Both the position numbers and the translations under genes were made by a program. DNA of 62,712 bases, counting the filler, from Asterionella formosa (taxonomy: Eukaryota), in NCBI GenBank assembly GCA_002256025.1. It is 8 parts of 8 records of this genome, joined end to end, with 100 filler letters (N's around TTAATTAATTAA, not from the genome) between each part and the next. Parts side by side here need not be neighbours in the genome. Positions count along the whole stretch, not along the records: positions 31,475 to 39,220 come from NKIB01012395.1; positions 39,321 to 47,065 come from NKIB01012396.1; positions 47,166 to 54,892 come from NKIB01012397.1; 5 more parts are not named here. One strand, given 5' to 3'. Shown piece after piece: positions 35,953 through 51,768 of this stretch; position 1 is the first letter of the stretch, and every line of letters starts with the position of its first letter. The notes under the pieces were generated by a model. The model did no database searches and had not been told where the DNA came from. It saw only the letters and a program-made list of their open reading frames with translations.

Positions 35953-38434
35953 TCTATTATATAACTTGCAAAATTTATCGACCAACCAAAAACTTTGTGG
36001 AGGCCTCCGTCGCTTGATGCTAATATTTCTTGTTGATTCCTTTTTTGCGTGTGGGACATCGGACGACGTGCAATGATGCGTGATTGTTGCTTTGCTACCT
36101 GGTACCAGGTACCAGGTACCTCGGTGACCTGGTACCGGTACCAGGACTCTCTCTGTATATCATTCATTACGTGGTACCTGCAGTCTACGTGTAACTGTAC
36201 CAGGTTGTCCAAAATTGGTCTACAGACACATATGAATACCGGTATTTCATAAAAACAAATAGACTAGACGACACTAGACTACATAAATGCCAGGTACTAC
36301 CTATTACTTCACGATGACACGATGATGCGATTTCTGTATTGTCATTCTTGTTACTAGCATGGCATCTTGTTTGCATTGATGGTGTCTCACAGCATCACAA
36401 AGATTGATTGGAGGGTTTATATGGCAGCTTGCAGTTGAGAGAATTGTACTCATTCAATGATGTGGCAAATAAATGATGGCAGCAATACTTTCCTAAAGTA
36501 AATGAGATGACAAGCAGACCGGATATCATCTCTCAATCCTTGCTTTGTCCACCATAATTTCACTCAGTTGTCCACCTTCATTCCTTCAATTTCTCGTGGT
36601 CAGAAGCAGCCGCGCTAACGATGATAGCTATGAGTAATGGGATGATGTGCAAGAAAACTGGGGTCTTGGAAGTCAAGGAAATATTCTTCAAGGTGGACAT
36701 CAGCAACCAGACAAGGAACCAGCAATTGACTAAGATTTCATGCAACACTACAATCAACAGGTCAACAGGGACAAGGTAAGCAACAAAAGGTTAGTAGTTC
36801 AATGGACAACTGTACCAGCAATGCAGGAGCGGCAAATTGCGATTTACAGATGGATTGTTGGGAGATCAAACATAGGAATAGCAGTTCTTGTGCAAATAGA
36901 TCGCTCGATCAGACTGACAAGGTGCCCCAACACATACTATAGTCTTATAGTCTTTAAAAATGAATTCGTATAGTTTGACATCATTTACCCTATTTATAAG
37001 GTCACCGACACTACCAATGGAACCACCATTGTTGATCAATTGATTGATTCAGCATTGCTAGTCGTTTTCGTGGTTTATTTTGCTCAAGGCATATCTCAGT
37101 GGCCAAATTTTTCAGAATATACAAGGAGTAACGTAAAGTACTGCTTTATGTAGGAGTTTGTTTAATGGCTCAACTAAAATTTTGGTGAAAGACGTTTTAC
37201 CTATGACCGGATGGGTTGGTTTATCAAATGGATATCAAAAAGAGACACATGTATCAATTTGGAATTGGAATCAGTATTGCTGTTCTGAAGTTGTTCATAG
37301 AACTACTGGTAGATATGGCAAAATTACCGCAACTTGCTGGTACTTACTTACCTGCTCTCTCTGGTTTAAAAAGTTGCATCAATTTGCCACGACTCAAGTG
37401 CTGAGCAGCTTTTTATGTTTTTTACTTGAGGGTTGGCTTACTAAAAAAATGCGTTTTTAAAGAGTTGATTAGATGTGAGCAGTATTAACTTTGTGTCCGT
37501 AATTAAATAGTAATACTCGAATTAAATTAATCGAAACCAATTTAATATATGTATACACATTATGTGAATGTGCATATTGCAAAATGCTGGATCACATCGG
37601 CCAGCAAGTCAAATACTTGTGGGAGAACAAATAAACATGTCGCTATAATAATTATTACCGTAACAGCACAACAGTTGTTACATATACATTCTATGGTAGT
37701 TACTTTTACATTGACCATTCCAACAGTTAATTAATGGGTAAAATCACCAAAACGAGCATGCTGCAGTTTTCTTCCTTCCCATCATTGCCACTTTTGTAGT
37801 TGTGCACCCTAATCGAAGGCAAGCTGCCATTGTTCTACTGATAAATCCCTCCTTGTATGTTGTTGAGAATAGGGGGCTCGAAAAGTCGGGGCTCAGGCAT
37901 CTACATTTTGCTCAAGATGGCCATGACCAAGAATTGAACAAGCTGAAATTAATTTTTTAAAGCATAGTTGCCAATTATAAATTTTCTATATTTATATTAC
38001 ACATAGATCTGTATAGCTTGTGTGATTGCACACATTAGGGCAATTGAACTGGAGGAAGTCGTAGGAGTCAAAATGCCCCCAGAAAAATGTTAAGAATTGC
38101 TACAACTACTGGTATTTTCAACCAGAGGGACTACATCAAATGGAGTATTATTATTTTTTCACTCATTGAAAAGCAATCATCATGCTCGAATGCATTCACA
38201 AAGTCAAGTTGAGTGTAAGTCGCCAACAAAAGGGGCAAGCAATGGTCACACAGGATCTTTCATTTTTAACACTTGATATTGGCTTGCTAGCTTCTAATTC
38301 CTATTCCCCTGTAACCTTAAATCCTTTAATTTGCCAACATTTCCCTCGATTATCACGAACACTGCCATTTCTTGAAGCAAAAGAAATGTAGAAACTAGAA
38401 TACGTGTAGGCGAGCTCGCCTATTCTATATTTTT

Positions 38435-39199
38435 CTACGGGATCACAGCAGCCTCGTTTCTGAGCTTGTCAATAAGAGAATCCACATCAGCAACAGTGAT
38501 GCCTTTCTTTCTCGGGGGAGGTTCAATAACCTCCAAAACCACATTTCGAGGAGCTAAGCTTACACCCATATCTTCTGCAATCATTGTATCAACCTTCTTC
38601 TTCTTGGCCTTCATAATGTTTGGAAGCGTCGCATAACGGGGTTCGTTGAGGCGTAAGTCGCAAGTTATAACTGCAGGCAAAGAAAGAATCTTGATTGTCT
38701 CGGTGCCTGAGTCAGTCTCGCGCTCAACAACCAAGCCCACACCGTCGGGCTCAAGATTAGAAGCGAATGTCACTTGGGGCCAATTCAAAATTCCTGCGAG
38801 CATAGGGCCAGTCTGGCCACAATCGGAATCAATGCCCTGCTTGCCAAGGAGTACCAAGTCACAACCTTGCTCCTCGACTACCTTTTGAAATAGCTGAGCC
38901 ACAGCTAGTGGCTGAAGTTGCATGTAATCGGTGCGAAGGTCCGTCTGAATGTGGATCCCTCGGTCACACCCCATAGCCAGAGCAGTGCGAAGAGTTTCCG
39001 AGCACTGCTTGGGACCAATCGATACGGCGACAACTTCATCGGCAATCTTGGCTTCCTTCAATCGTACTGCCTCTTCCACGGCGATCTCACAGAAGGGGTT
39101 GATGCTCATCTTCACATTGTTAAGATCGACTGTTCCTCCTTGAACGCGAACCTTGACGGCATAGTCTACTACTCTTTTCACTCCAACAAGGATCTTCAT
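38435..39199 (-). CDS. ETFB: Electron transfer flavoprotein beta subunit
   Basis: MKILVGVKRVVDY, NPFCEIAVEEAVRLKE, LRTALAMGCD, GKQGIDSD, DLRLNEPRYATLPNIMKAKKK. Confidence 0.96.
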   Translation of the reverse strand: MKILVGVKRVVDYAVKVRVQGGTVDLNNVKMSINPFCEIAVEEAVRLKEAKIADEVVAVSIGPKQCSETLRTALAMGCDRGIHIQTDLRTDYMQLQPLAVAQLFQKVVEEQGCDLVLLGKQGIDSDCGQTGPMLAGILNWPQVTFASNLEPDGVGLVVERETDSGTETIKILSLPAVITCDLRLNEPRYATLPNIMKAKKKKVDTMIAEDMGVSLAPRNVVLEVIEPPPRKKGITVADVDSLIDKLRNEAAVIP

Positions 39200-39537
39200 A
39201 TTTGTCTGAGTTCCAGTGGGNNNNNNNNNNNNNNNNNNNNNNNNNNNNNNNNNNNNNNNNNNNNTTAATTAATTAANNNNNNNNNNNNNNNNNNNNNNNN
39301 NNNNNNNNNNNNNNNNNNNNAACTAATCCCAATTCAAGGCGACAGTAAAGGAACTCCTACGTAGCTAATAAACATACGTGCACAAAGAAAGCTCCAATAA
39401 AATGCAGAAGGTATTTGGTCCTTTCCACTTGCAACTCCCAATTCCCAAACTTCAGGTAACGAAATGTGATGATGCTTCCTGGTGGCTATCGTGGAACCTG
39501 CTGTGATATTAGAAGTGACAGGTGTGAGTGATGGAAA

Positions 39538-39538
<1 letters not shown>

Positions 39539-39580
<42 letters not shown>

Positions 39581-39583
39581 ACA
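39539..39583. repeat. (GCAACA)n microsatellite
   Basis: About 7 tandem hexamers. Confidence 0.9.
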
Positions 39584-42009
39584 AGTGAAAGAGGAAAGTC
39601 TGAGCTGCCAGTTTCCTACTATATGTATTCCTGGGCTGTCAGTGGATTGAGATACAGTGTTGCCTGGTGTACTTGTTTCAAGAATAAGATGGAAGCCATC
39701 AGTCATTGCTCGTCTGTTTTGAAGGAGATGTGACTCCTGACTATTCTTGGCATCAGGAGTAGCAAGTATGCACAGCAATGATTGAGAGCCCAGCAAGAAC
39801 TCAAATATAGTATTTGAAGAAGCAACTAACAAGTTGATGAAACTAAAGAAATGATGGATTTTTTCATGGAGAAAGCATTGATGCCAGTAGCCTTTCCATT
39901 ATGCCAAGAAATATTTGCTCTTTGGTAGGGATGAAAAGTTGGATTTATGGATGTAAGGTGGCTAAACTATTTACAAGCATCTGCAATGCCGATTATTGGT
40001 ACAACTGCCACAAAAAACGCTAGTCAAATGTGATCACCCAAATTAATTATTTGGGTGGCCTACTATGAAAAATTGGGCTACGTACATAATTTAAGGGTAT
40101 GAAACCAAATATAAAATGTGATGCATCATATAATATATATCATGATAGGAGTGAACTAAAATAGTTTCGACAACTTCCATAAATTTTTATAAACCCACAT
40201 AAATTTTGAGGCAAAGTAACAACATTTTTGTTGGCCTGATCATATAATTTCTATATCTACAGCATTGCATTCATGATTCTTACCTTGTTTCATTTATCTA
40301 CTAGATACACCATCAAATGTGCGGTTCATCACTGAATCCTATCAAGATAATAGAGAAGCATTGTTAGTCAGGTTATCGAAAGAAAAATGGTAAACGAACA
40401 AGGCAAAATAACATACCCAGAAAAGCGACAAAAAGGATGGCTTAGAAACAACCCCATTCTTGCATGAATCTTCACCGTGATTTTGGAAATGGCCCTAGTA
40501 TAGGAAACAAGGAGGTAGAAGTTTGAGAAGTAGAAGCTTGGGAAGTTAAACCAATGGCAAGAAGAAACAAAAACAACATACCAATAAGGTGCCAACTACA
40601 GGGGCTTTAAAACGACCCACATTCTTGATTGAATCTTGAATATTCAGTCATGAGAGGCTATAAATTAGAAAGGATGTAGGGGTATGAGAAGAAGAAGCTC
40701 GGAAAAGAAGAACGATTGCGTTAAACTTACCACACAGATGTTACAGAGGCCATCTTTGTCATCGTAAATTTTCCTTTCGACAAGACGATTTTTTAACAAG
40801 GATCATACTCATAGAATATTTAATTAATTGAAAATGGGCGCGGACATGGTTGCACTCATATGACATCATACTAATAGAATGTACCAGACTACCGTAGTAT
40901 AGTAAAATGAACACACTAAATACTGGCGCGGTCTGCAGTGTGGTACGAGTCTACCATGAGGACCACCAATTTACCGCCCTTCAACTACCGGTACCAGGTA
41001 CCTGGTAGTACCGGTAAGAATAATAGATACATCGGAAAATAAGGCAGTGGTGAGTATGGCTGGATTCATGTTGAGGCTACCTGGTACCAGTACCTGTATC
41101 CCCCCCCTCGTAAGCGCTACCAAGTATTTTATTTAGCTCACATGATGCTTTTTTTTAAATATACAATACACTGCAGTGAGATCGTCATGCATGATCGGCT
41201 GGAGCATCCTGCAGCATGTTTTTTAAGCCTTGACCAGGACGAAAATAGCGGAAATCTCTACGAAAACTGAGAGCGACGCTTTCCTATTCGGAACATATGT
41301 CAAGGAAAAAATAGACAATACACTCGTAAAAGAATAACTGTAATAACACTAAAATTGACGATGAAAATTAAAGTCGCCAATGGCGCCATTTTTATGTAGC
41401 TAATTTAGAAATGTACAATTGAAGATGACAATCTTTCTAAGGAATTCGACACTTTCACAGTAGCTGAAAAATGAATAATACTACGGCTATGACAATAGCA
41501 TGATGAGTTGAAGCTAAAGATGTGAAAATCGATCTTTATCAAGTGAGCATTGATTTATTGATTGTACCAGCAATATGTGTAGTCGTTGATTGCAGGTATC
41601 AGTGCCGACAAAGCAATGCATTATTCTTTGGCAGTTGATACCAAAAAAATATTTGAAAGCAGAAAAAATCATAATTGAATCGATATTGGGGACTCTTATT
41701 TTATTTATTTGGTGAAACCAGCGTAATATTGCTGCAAAGTAGCATAATTTTGCCATCATACTGTAGCAACACCTAGTTTGTCAGTGAATATTTTTGCAAA
41801 CACACATAATTATTGGTTTGATCACATAATTATTCGATAAGTGAAATAAATTTTGTTTTAGATCACATAAATTCTGGTTTGACCCAAATAAATTCCGGAA
41901 AAATTAGTATAATATTTTAGAAAAGTAGCATAAATAAGTCACTTTAGCCATACATTCGAAAAAGGACCGTAAACAGCGTCTTAGATGAAGTATTAGCTTT
42001 GTTTACCGT

Positions 42010-42950
42010 ACCTGCTATACTCTGAGTTAAACCAGTGCTCTTCCACCAGTTCACATACTCAGGAGTGGTTTTGAAGCACCCTGTCATCCATTATTGACCT
42101 GGTGTCCAGTGAGGCACCCCACCCCTTCACCTGGGTGAGGTAGTGTGAGACTTTCACTCACTAAAAACCTGTGTGCAGCCCCATTCTTGACCATTACATG
42201 GCCTGCCCTACCCATGCATTGGGGCGTTGGCCTGTGGAGGTGTGTGGGACCCCATCAAATGCCTCACTTGCATGAGGCCCCCAGGGGACCTGATTACTAT
42301 GTTAGCCCAAAGTCTAACAATGCTCATCAGGAACCTAGCAAGGGTGGTGGCCCCTGCTGGATTCCATTCCAACTGGCTACCAACCCCGTTGCATGATGAG
42401 TTTGAAACCAAAGAGTCACAGTGTTTCTGTGCTGTGAGTTCAACCACCATCCATCCATGTACCCAGCAGTTGTCATGACTCCCTCCAAGGAGCCACACCA
42501 ACTGTTGCTGGTCAAAACCAAGGGCGAAATTTGGCCATAACTTCCAAACTTTCATGATCAATTCTGCCATGTGTGGTTCAGTGCGCAAACCACACCACTG
42601 ACCACAAGTGAACACTAAGTGTTCCAGCATTTCTGGTTTGTCCATACCACAAAATGGACACTTCCTCAAATACTGTTGAAGCAATCCTACACTCAACTAT
42701 CAAAGCCAGTCCTGCTTGGTCTTTGGGCCTCCCCCCCCCAAATGCGAACATGTGAGTGGATGCTTGTCAAATCCGGCTCCCTCATACCACACTGTGCATG
42801 CCCCCTACAGACGAGTCAAGAAGTTCCACCGGATCCCACTCTCTCTCTCCAAATGCATGTTTTCACTACCTCAGCCAGTGCCTTTGGTTCCAGGCCCTGC
42901 CATCCAGCACCCAAGTACCTCTCCACAATAGAAATCTTCAATGATTAGGA
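42010..42950 (-). mobile_element. 5'-truncated, decayed non-LTR retrotransposon (LINE) 3' end
   Basis: CPFCGMDKPEMLEHLVFTC matches the C-terminal CxxC..ExxxHxxxxC knuckle of LINE ORF2. The downstream region is repeated at 56745-56888. Confidence 0.65.
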
Positions 42951-43165
42951 GTATGGGTTCTGACTAGCACTACATTTGTATCTTCAAATGCGGGTTGTTT
43001 AACTAGTATCGGTAGGCGGCGGGCGGAGCGAGCTTGCTTAAATTTTACGACCACGTTCCCGGAATCGGAACCCTGATACCAGTACTCCTATGCTTATGTT
43101 ACTGGTACATGTTCATGGTTACTATTTTCTGAAATCTAGTCCGAGTACAGTTTATTATCGGGAGC

Positions 43166-43933
43166 ATGGGCAACAGCATTGTGTTTGAAGCGGCTCCTGC
43201 GCCTGAAAATGGCGACGAAACCACTGCTAGTACGGACACTTCCACGGAAAAACTGAAACAGGCATCAGAGAATACTGGAGCCAATAGTCCCATTATATCC
43301 CAGTCGAAGGCCTACGCAGGCCTCTTTACCAAAATGAGAGATGTCAATACATCGTCCGCTGACTTTGTGAAGTATTCCAAGCGCGCTATGAGGCTATTGG
43401 CCGAAGATGCTATTGCCGAGTTTCCGTCACGTCCTGTTCAAATCAGAACTCCCTGCGGTCCTTTCGCAGGCACGCAAATGATGAACCCAAGGAACATTTG
43501 TGCTGTTTCGATCGTTCGTTCTGGAGACGCTCTGCTAGAAGCTGTTAGAGATTGCATTCCTGAGTGTGCGGTCGGTAAGATTTTGATTCAACGAGACGAA
43601 AGTAATCCAGACAAACCAGCTAAGCTATTTTACAGTAAAATGCCCCCTTCCCTAGAAGGCATGTATGTCTTGCTCTGCGACCCAATGTTAGCAACGGGTG
43701 GATCGGTTCTCTGTGCTTTGGATGTACTTGTTGTACAGTACAATATCAAGCCTCAGAATATCGTTTTTGCGAACATGATTTGTGCTCCTGAGGGACTAGA
43801 AAGAGTCTGGAAGTCATACCCTAAGGTCAAGATTGTGACAGTCTACGTTGACAAGAAACTGAATGAAGAAAAATTCATCACTCCGGGGCTAGGAGATTAT
43901 GGAGATAGATATTTTAACACCGTTTTCGAATAA
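43166..43933 (+). CDS. UPRT: Uracil phosphoribosyltransferase
   Basis: VSIVRSG, GKILIQRDE, PRPP-binding LCDPMLATGGS, PGLGDYGDRYF. Confidence 0.95.
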   Translation: MGNSIVFEAAPAPENGDETTASTDTSTEKLKQASENTGANSPIISQSKAYAGLFTKMRDVNTSSADFVKYSKRAMRLLAEDAIAEFPSRPVQIRTPCGPFAGTQMMNPRNICAVSIVRSGDALLEAVRDCIPECAVGKILIQRDESNPDKPAKLFYSKMPPSLEGMYVLLCDPMLATGGSVLCALDVLVVQYNIKPQNIVFANMICAPEGLERVWKSYPKVKIVTVYVDKKLNEEKFITPGLGDYGDRYFNTVFE

Positions 43934-43980
43934 AGAAGATCGCGAAGCTCCCATTTTTATTAATAGCGTACAATAAGTGA

Positions 43981-46876
<2,896 letters not shown>

Positions 46877-47574
46877 GGTAGCCCAGCTTTTTTGTAATGT
46901 TCAGGCGCCGCGGAGCGATCGAATATAATGATGGAAGTGTATGTAAATGCTGTCACTTCCACGCGGCATTGGATAAACTGAGACGAGCCACCCGAATTTC
47001 GTAATCAGATCCTCATTCTTGATGGAGGAGGATCCATACCAACAAGCAAGTTGAGATAATGAGAANNNNNNNNNNNNNNNNNNNNNNNNNNNNNNNNNNN
47101 NNNNNNNNNTTAATTAATTAANNNNNNNNNNNNNNNNNNNNNNNNNNNNNNNNNNNNNNNNNNNNTGGTACCGGTACCTGGTACCTTGTCGTCCTCCCTG
47201 TTTTCATCATCCGGTATCTTTATACCGTACCGGTACCAGTTGGTAGTTGCAACCAAACTTTAAGATAGGTCACAACTGCCTCTCAGCTATCCATCTCAAT
47301 CGATTGATCGATCTATCCATCCATCCATCCATCCATGGGTCAACAGATACTTCAATCAGTATTGTATTGAATGGTGGATTGAGACAAAGACGAAGAAGGT
47401 CCATTGATCTTTCTTGTTCATCAAACTGACCGCATTTTGCTCTTTTTCCATGAAAACATTCTTACAAAAAATCAACTACGAAGAATAAACTCGTGTGAAG
47501 TTTTGAATTCCTTGTTGGTCGTCGTCCTTTGTCAAAACGTAATTATCATCCGATACCAAAAGAAATATACCATC

Positions 47575-47896
47575 ATGGCACGAATTCGACAAGGACAACG
47601 ACGAATCCCCAGGAGGGGTGACAATGGACTTGTAAAAGCCATTTCACTCATTACACTTTGTTTAAGTGTATTGTTGCTATTGGGGAATGATAATGGTAAA
47701 GTTTATGAAGATTATAAATTATTGGATAAAGTGACTGAAGCCATTTCGGATCAAATGTGGATGTCTCAGACAACTACAACAAAGGATGATGTATCCAGCA
47801 TTGTCAAATTAGACAAGGATACTACAGCAGTTGTTACAGCAAGTCAATCGCCATTGCAACAAGAAGAGGATACAGTAATACCAGCTACTACTGCTA

Positions 47897-47928
<32 letters not shown>

Positions 47929-49038
47929 TCAACAATACCAACAAATGCAACTCGAATCAATGTTGCTTTTGATAAAAACTACAAGTCTCCTGAATGGATC
48001 TATGGCCCTGGAGTGACTGTTAAAATCGAACCATCGCATGGTACACACCGACCAGAGGCTGATGCAGTTTTTTGCTTTTCCAAATATCCAACCTTGCCAC
48101 TTTTGGTACGATTTGTTTCATCACTTTTACATACTGGCTATACAGGTGATATTGTTATTGCCATTTATCCAGAAATGGCAGATGATGTACGAGACTTTAT
48201 TGACTACTACACCACTGCACAACAGTTTCATTTGGTAGTGTATACTGTAGAGTTAACATGTCAAGAAATGCAACGCCGAACACGATGTATCGTCGAAAAC
48301 ATGTTCTGGTCCAAGAACACCTACTTGGTCGATTCAAGACCACATCGTGAAAAGGCTCAATTGAGATTTGAATTGTATTGGGCCTGGTCCTTGTCGTACT
48401 CGGCAGATTCAAGAATATTCTTATTGGATGCACGAGATGTGTACTTTCAAAGCAATCCATTTGTACTTTTAGACACCAGAATGAACACGTCTCTGCATGT
48501 ATTTGAAGAATGGGGTGGAAGGACCATTCAAGAGGATCGGTTGAATTCATTATGGGTACGATCTGCCCGAGGCAAGGAATGGTTGGCAACTATTGGAGAC
48601 CAACATGTGATTAATTCAGGAACAACTGTCGGGGGGAAACCGGCAATTGAAATGTACTTGCGTGCCATGGTGGCTCAATGGGATGATACACTTTGTACTA
48701 TATATGGATGTTATCAAGGTCATGTTAATATTCTGATTCATGGAGATTTTTTGCAAGGTGCACCGAATTTGACCAAGGTTGTTATTCATCCTCAAGGGAC
48801 TGGTGTGGCCAATTCTGTGGGAGCAATGGCACTGTATGCTGGAGGGTCATTGCGAGAACAAGGAGTTGTCGACAATGTGACAAATGCAATTTTGAATAAT
48901 GATGGACGTCCATCACCAGTGATACACCAATTTGATCTAGATGAAGAAATGCACTTGGTTTTCATGATTCAGCGGACGAATGAGCTTTTACTCGAATGGA
49001 ATAATACACTCATGGAGAGTCGTCAACAACAAAAATAA
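47575..49038 (+). CDS. Type II membrane glycosyltransferase-like protein
   Basis: Basic N-tail, TM helix, poly-Thr stem, LLDARDVYFQSNPF, INSGTTVG, YQGHVN, PVIHQFD. Confidence 0.7.
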
Positions 49039-49131
49039 TAGAATGATATATATATATGTATATATAAATCGCAATGTGAAATAGCAATGAAGACAAAAGT
49101 TTTTATCCACAATGTATGATGCCTCTCTCAA

Positions 49132-50127
49132 CTACGTAGCAGTAGTCACTTTTTCGACAGACACCACATAATCAAATCCCAATTTAAGTGTGCCAGTCGG
49201 TGATCGTTTGGTGGCTTCCAAGGATTGTAATTCCAAAGCATCCAACACCTCCTTCATCGATGAAGCCAACGCTGGAGTTGGGAACAGGGAAAATTTGCTT
49301 CGTCCGACATTTATTTGTCGTACAATCGTCGAATGTTTGTACACAATAGGAAACAAATGTGTTTCCAAGGGTCGAATGTCCGACAGCTGTCTAATGTGAT
49401 GTGTGATCCACTCCACTGGAAATTCTCGATAGCAACGATGTCCAGCCAACAATATACATGCATCTCTGACTTGTCTGACTTTGCAAATGACATTGGCATC
49501 ACCGTCGACCTTGTCAGGAATTGGTTCCAACCCCACAATGTACAGCCGCCCGCCTGGTTTCAGTAGGTGCAGTAACTTGGCAATCATTTCTTCTTGCTTG
49601 TACGGAGAGAACCCATCCATGGCCCCAATCAAATAGTCAGCTAAAATCGTATCGTACTGCTCTATCGGCAACGTCAGCTGACCGAACCAATTTCCCATGA
49701 CAATGGTTCCTCTGTCAAGACAGCCTAAATTCACGGCTTCCAGCTCCACATTCTTCTTCATGGTAGCATCGGCTGTAATGGCAGTGAACGATGTCAGCGT
49801 GTCCAACGTTGCCAGCCAACGAAGGGAGTGCATCCCAGTCCCAGCATCCAACACATTTCCGAACGGAAGACTCCCTTGCTGTCGCTCAATGCACCCGAAG
49901 AGAGCATCGTCCTTCCCGTAGACGAACGCTGGCGGTTGAGGAGGCTTCATGGCCATGCCGTTTGAATTGTGCAGCGGAGGAGAAAGCGGAGAAACGAGGA
50001 GCGGAAGAAGGACAAGTTGAAGTGCATGCGCAGCTATCAGGAAGAGACTGATACGGAATCGAAAGAGTGGCTGTGGGCCAGAGTGAGGAGGAGCGAAAGC
50101 GATGGAAAACGGTTCGGGCAGGATCAT
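49132..50127 (-). CDS. Class I SAM-dependent methyltransferase
   Basis: Motif I VLDAGTG, YDTILAD, LLKPGGRLYIVG; start uncertain. Confidence 0.82.
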   Translation of the reverse strand: MILPEPFSIAFAPPHSGPQPLFRFRISLFLIAAHALQLVLLPLLVSPLSPPLHNSNGMAMKPPQPPAFVYGKDDALFGCIERQQGSLPFGNVLDAGTGMHSLRWLATLDTLTSFTAITADATMKKNVELEAVNLGCLDRGTIVMGNWFGQLTLPIEQYDTILADYLIGAMDGFSPYKQEEMIAKLLHLLKPGGRLYIVGLEPIPDKVDGDANVICKVRQVRDACILLAGHRCYREFPVEWITHHIRQLSDIRPLETHLFPIVYKHSTIVRQINVGRSKFSLFPTPALASSMKEVLDALELQSLEATKRSPTGTLKLGFDYVVSVEKVTTAT

Positions 50128-50429
50128 CAAACAGGGAGCTCAAGACTGTGATGACTGTTGACGGCGGGCTGTTGTATCGTTTGGTGATGATGGTGGTTGG
50201 GTCGAGCGAGGAAAAGTACCACCGGTAGGACGGACTAACTACCTGTAATAGAAATTGTCACTGATGAAGTGATTGAACAATACGGTACCAGGTACCAGGT
50301 ACTGATCGAAGTGTTTCCGCTTCCTCATTCAGTACCGGTATACGACTAGGATTGAGCACCGGTACCGGCTCTGGTAGTATGATACCGTTTCGTAGTTCTG
50401 ATGAGTTGCATGTCATACTAATCTGGAAC

Positions 50430-50580
50430 AATCCGCGTTACGAGTGACACCACAAAAGATACCGGTATACTACCATCTACCATGTAGCGGTATGCCAATG
50501 TGAAATCCGCGTTACGAGTGACACCACAAAAGATACCGGTATACTACCATCTACCATGTAGCGGTATACCAATGTGAAAT
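50430..50580. repeat. 74-bp tandem duplication in a divergent intergenic region
   Basis: AATCCGCGTTACGAGTGAC...AATGTGA occurs twice with one mismatch. Confidence 0.92.
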
Positions 50581-50863
50581 GCACGAACAAAAACGTAGTA
50601 TCACCAGATACCCTGGTACAGGTACCTACAACACGTACTTACTTTCTGTACAACGAATTCTATGGTGAGAATAAGATTGTTTTGGCGGATTTTTTTGGAG
50701 TCCATAAAAAAGAATTCCCAATAAATATGTACGTATGTCTTTTTAGGATGATGATTATATTATATATTCACGAATAATATTTATTCATTCAATACTGCTG
50801 CTCACATCACAACAAATATGCAAACATGAGAAATAATAACAGAGTAAAATATAGTCAAACAAA

Positions 50864-51679
50864 ATGTCAGTGTTCGATCCAACAACAACAGCAACAACAA
50901 CTGCTATCCAAAGTACCATTGATGGTAGTACCAGCAACACCATCCTAAAGTGCCACTATGTCCTCGTTTGTATTTTGTCACTATTCATGTTGGTATGGAT
51001 TCTCTTGATTCCCAGTTCGTGGTTGATGGGGTATTCCAAGTGGCACGATGACATGATCTTGGCATCCATGCCTGAAACTGGGATTGTCGCACCATCGACT
51101 CTGATCAAGTATTCAAAACAAACGGCAGTACAAATGACACACATTCTACCTGGAGCCATTTGGGTGGCTGCTATTCCCTTTCAATTGCATTCCACCTTTC
51201 GAAACACTCATCGAAAGGCCCATCGGGTGACCGGGTTTATCTTTTTAGCAACATCGGTCAGTAGTATGGTGGGGCTGGCTCTTATTTGGAATCGGGGTTT
51301 GGTATATGAACATTTCTTTGACGACCTACCCGCCAGTACAGAGCCATCCACTACAGTTCCGTTGCTGTTCATGGCATTGTGGTTTAGTATGACTGCAGGA
51401 TTGGCCCTTCACAATGCTAGGAAGAAACGTTTTCAGGAACATGAACGATGGATCTATCGTCATGTGGCGTCGGGCATTTGGGTGGCACTACAACGGGTCC
51501 TACTCCTAGGACCCATGTCTATGATATATACTCAACCAGTGTCTCGTACAACGCAGCGAGCAGTCTTTGGAAACAGTGCCAGGATTGCTATAATAATATG
51601 CTTGATCCTTGCTGAATATTGTATTTATCTTCGAACAAAAATCAAAACGGAGAAATTAATAACACTCAAACAAAAATGA
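50864..51679 (+). CDS. Multi-pass membrane protein, DUF2306-like
   Basis: THILPGAIW..FQL..R..HRKAHRVTG and HERWIYRH; about 6 hydrophobic helices. Confidence 0.72.
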   Translation: MSVFDPTTTATTTAIQSTIDGSTSNTILKCHYVLVCILSLFMLVWILLIPSSWLMGYSKWHDDMILASMPETGIVAPSTLIKYSKQTAVQMTHILPGAIWVAAIPFQLHSTFRNTHRKAHRVTGFIFLATSVSSMVGLALIWNRGLVYEHFFDDLPASTEPSTTVPLLFMALWFSMTAGLALHNARKKRFQEHERWIYRHVASGIWVALQRVLLLGPMSMIYTQPVSRTTQRAVFGNSARIAIIICLILAEYCIYLRTKIKTEKLITLKQK

Positions 51680-51768
51680 GGAGTTCAATACTTTTACTGT
51701 ATCTTTAATTCCCTAATAGCTTTAAAATAATCATGTTGATATTGCAAACAGCCATGCTTCAACAGAAC

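Noticed and set aside
40396..40720. Degenerate ~165-bp tandem duplication
   Set aside because: Similarity is patchy and no function or boundary could be supported.
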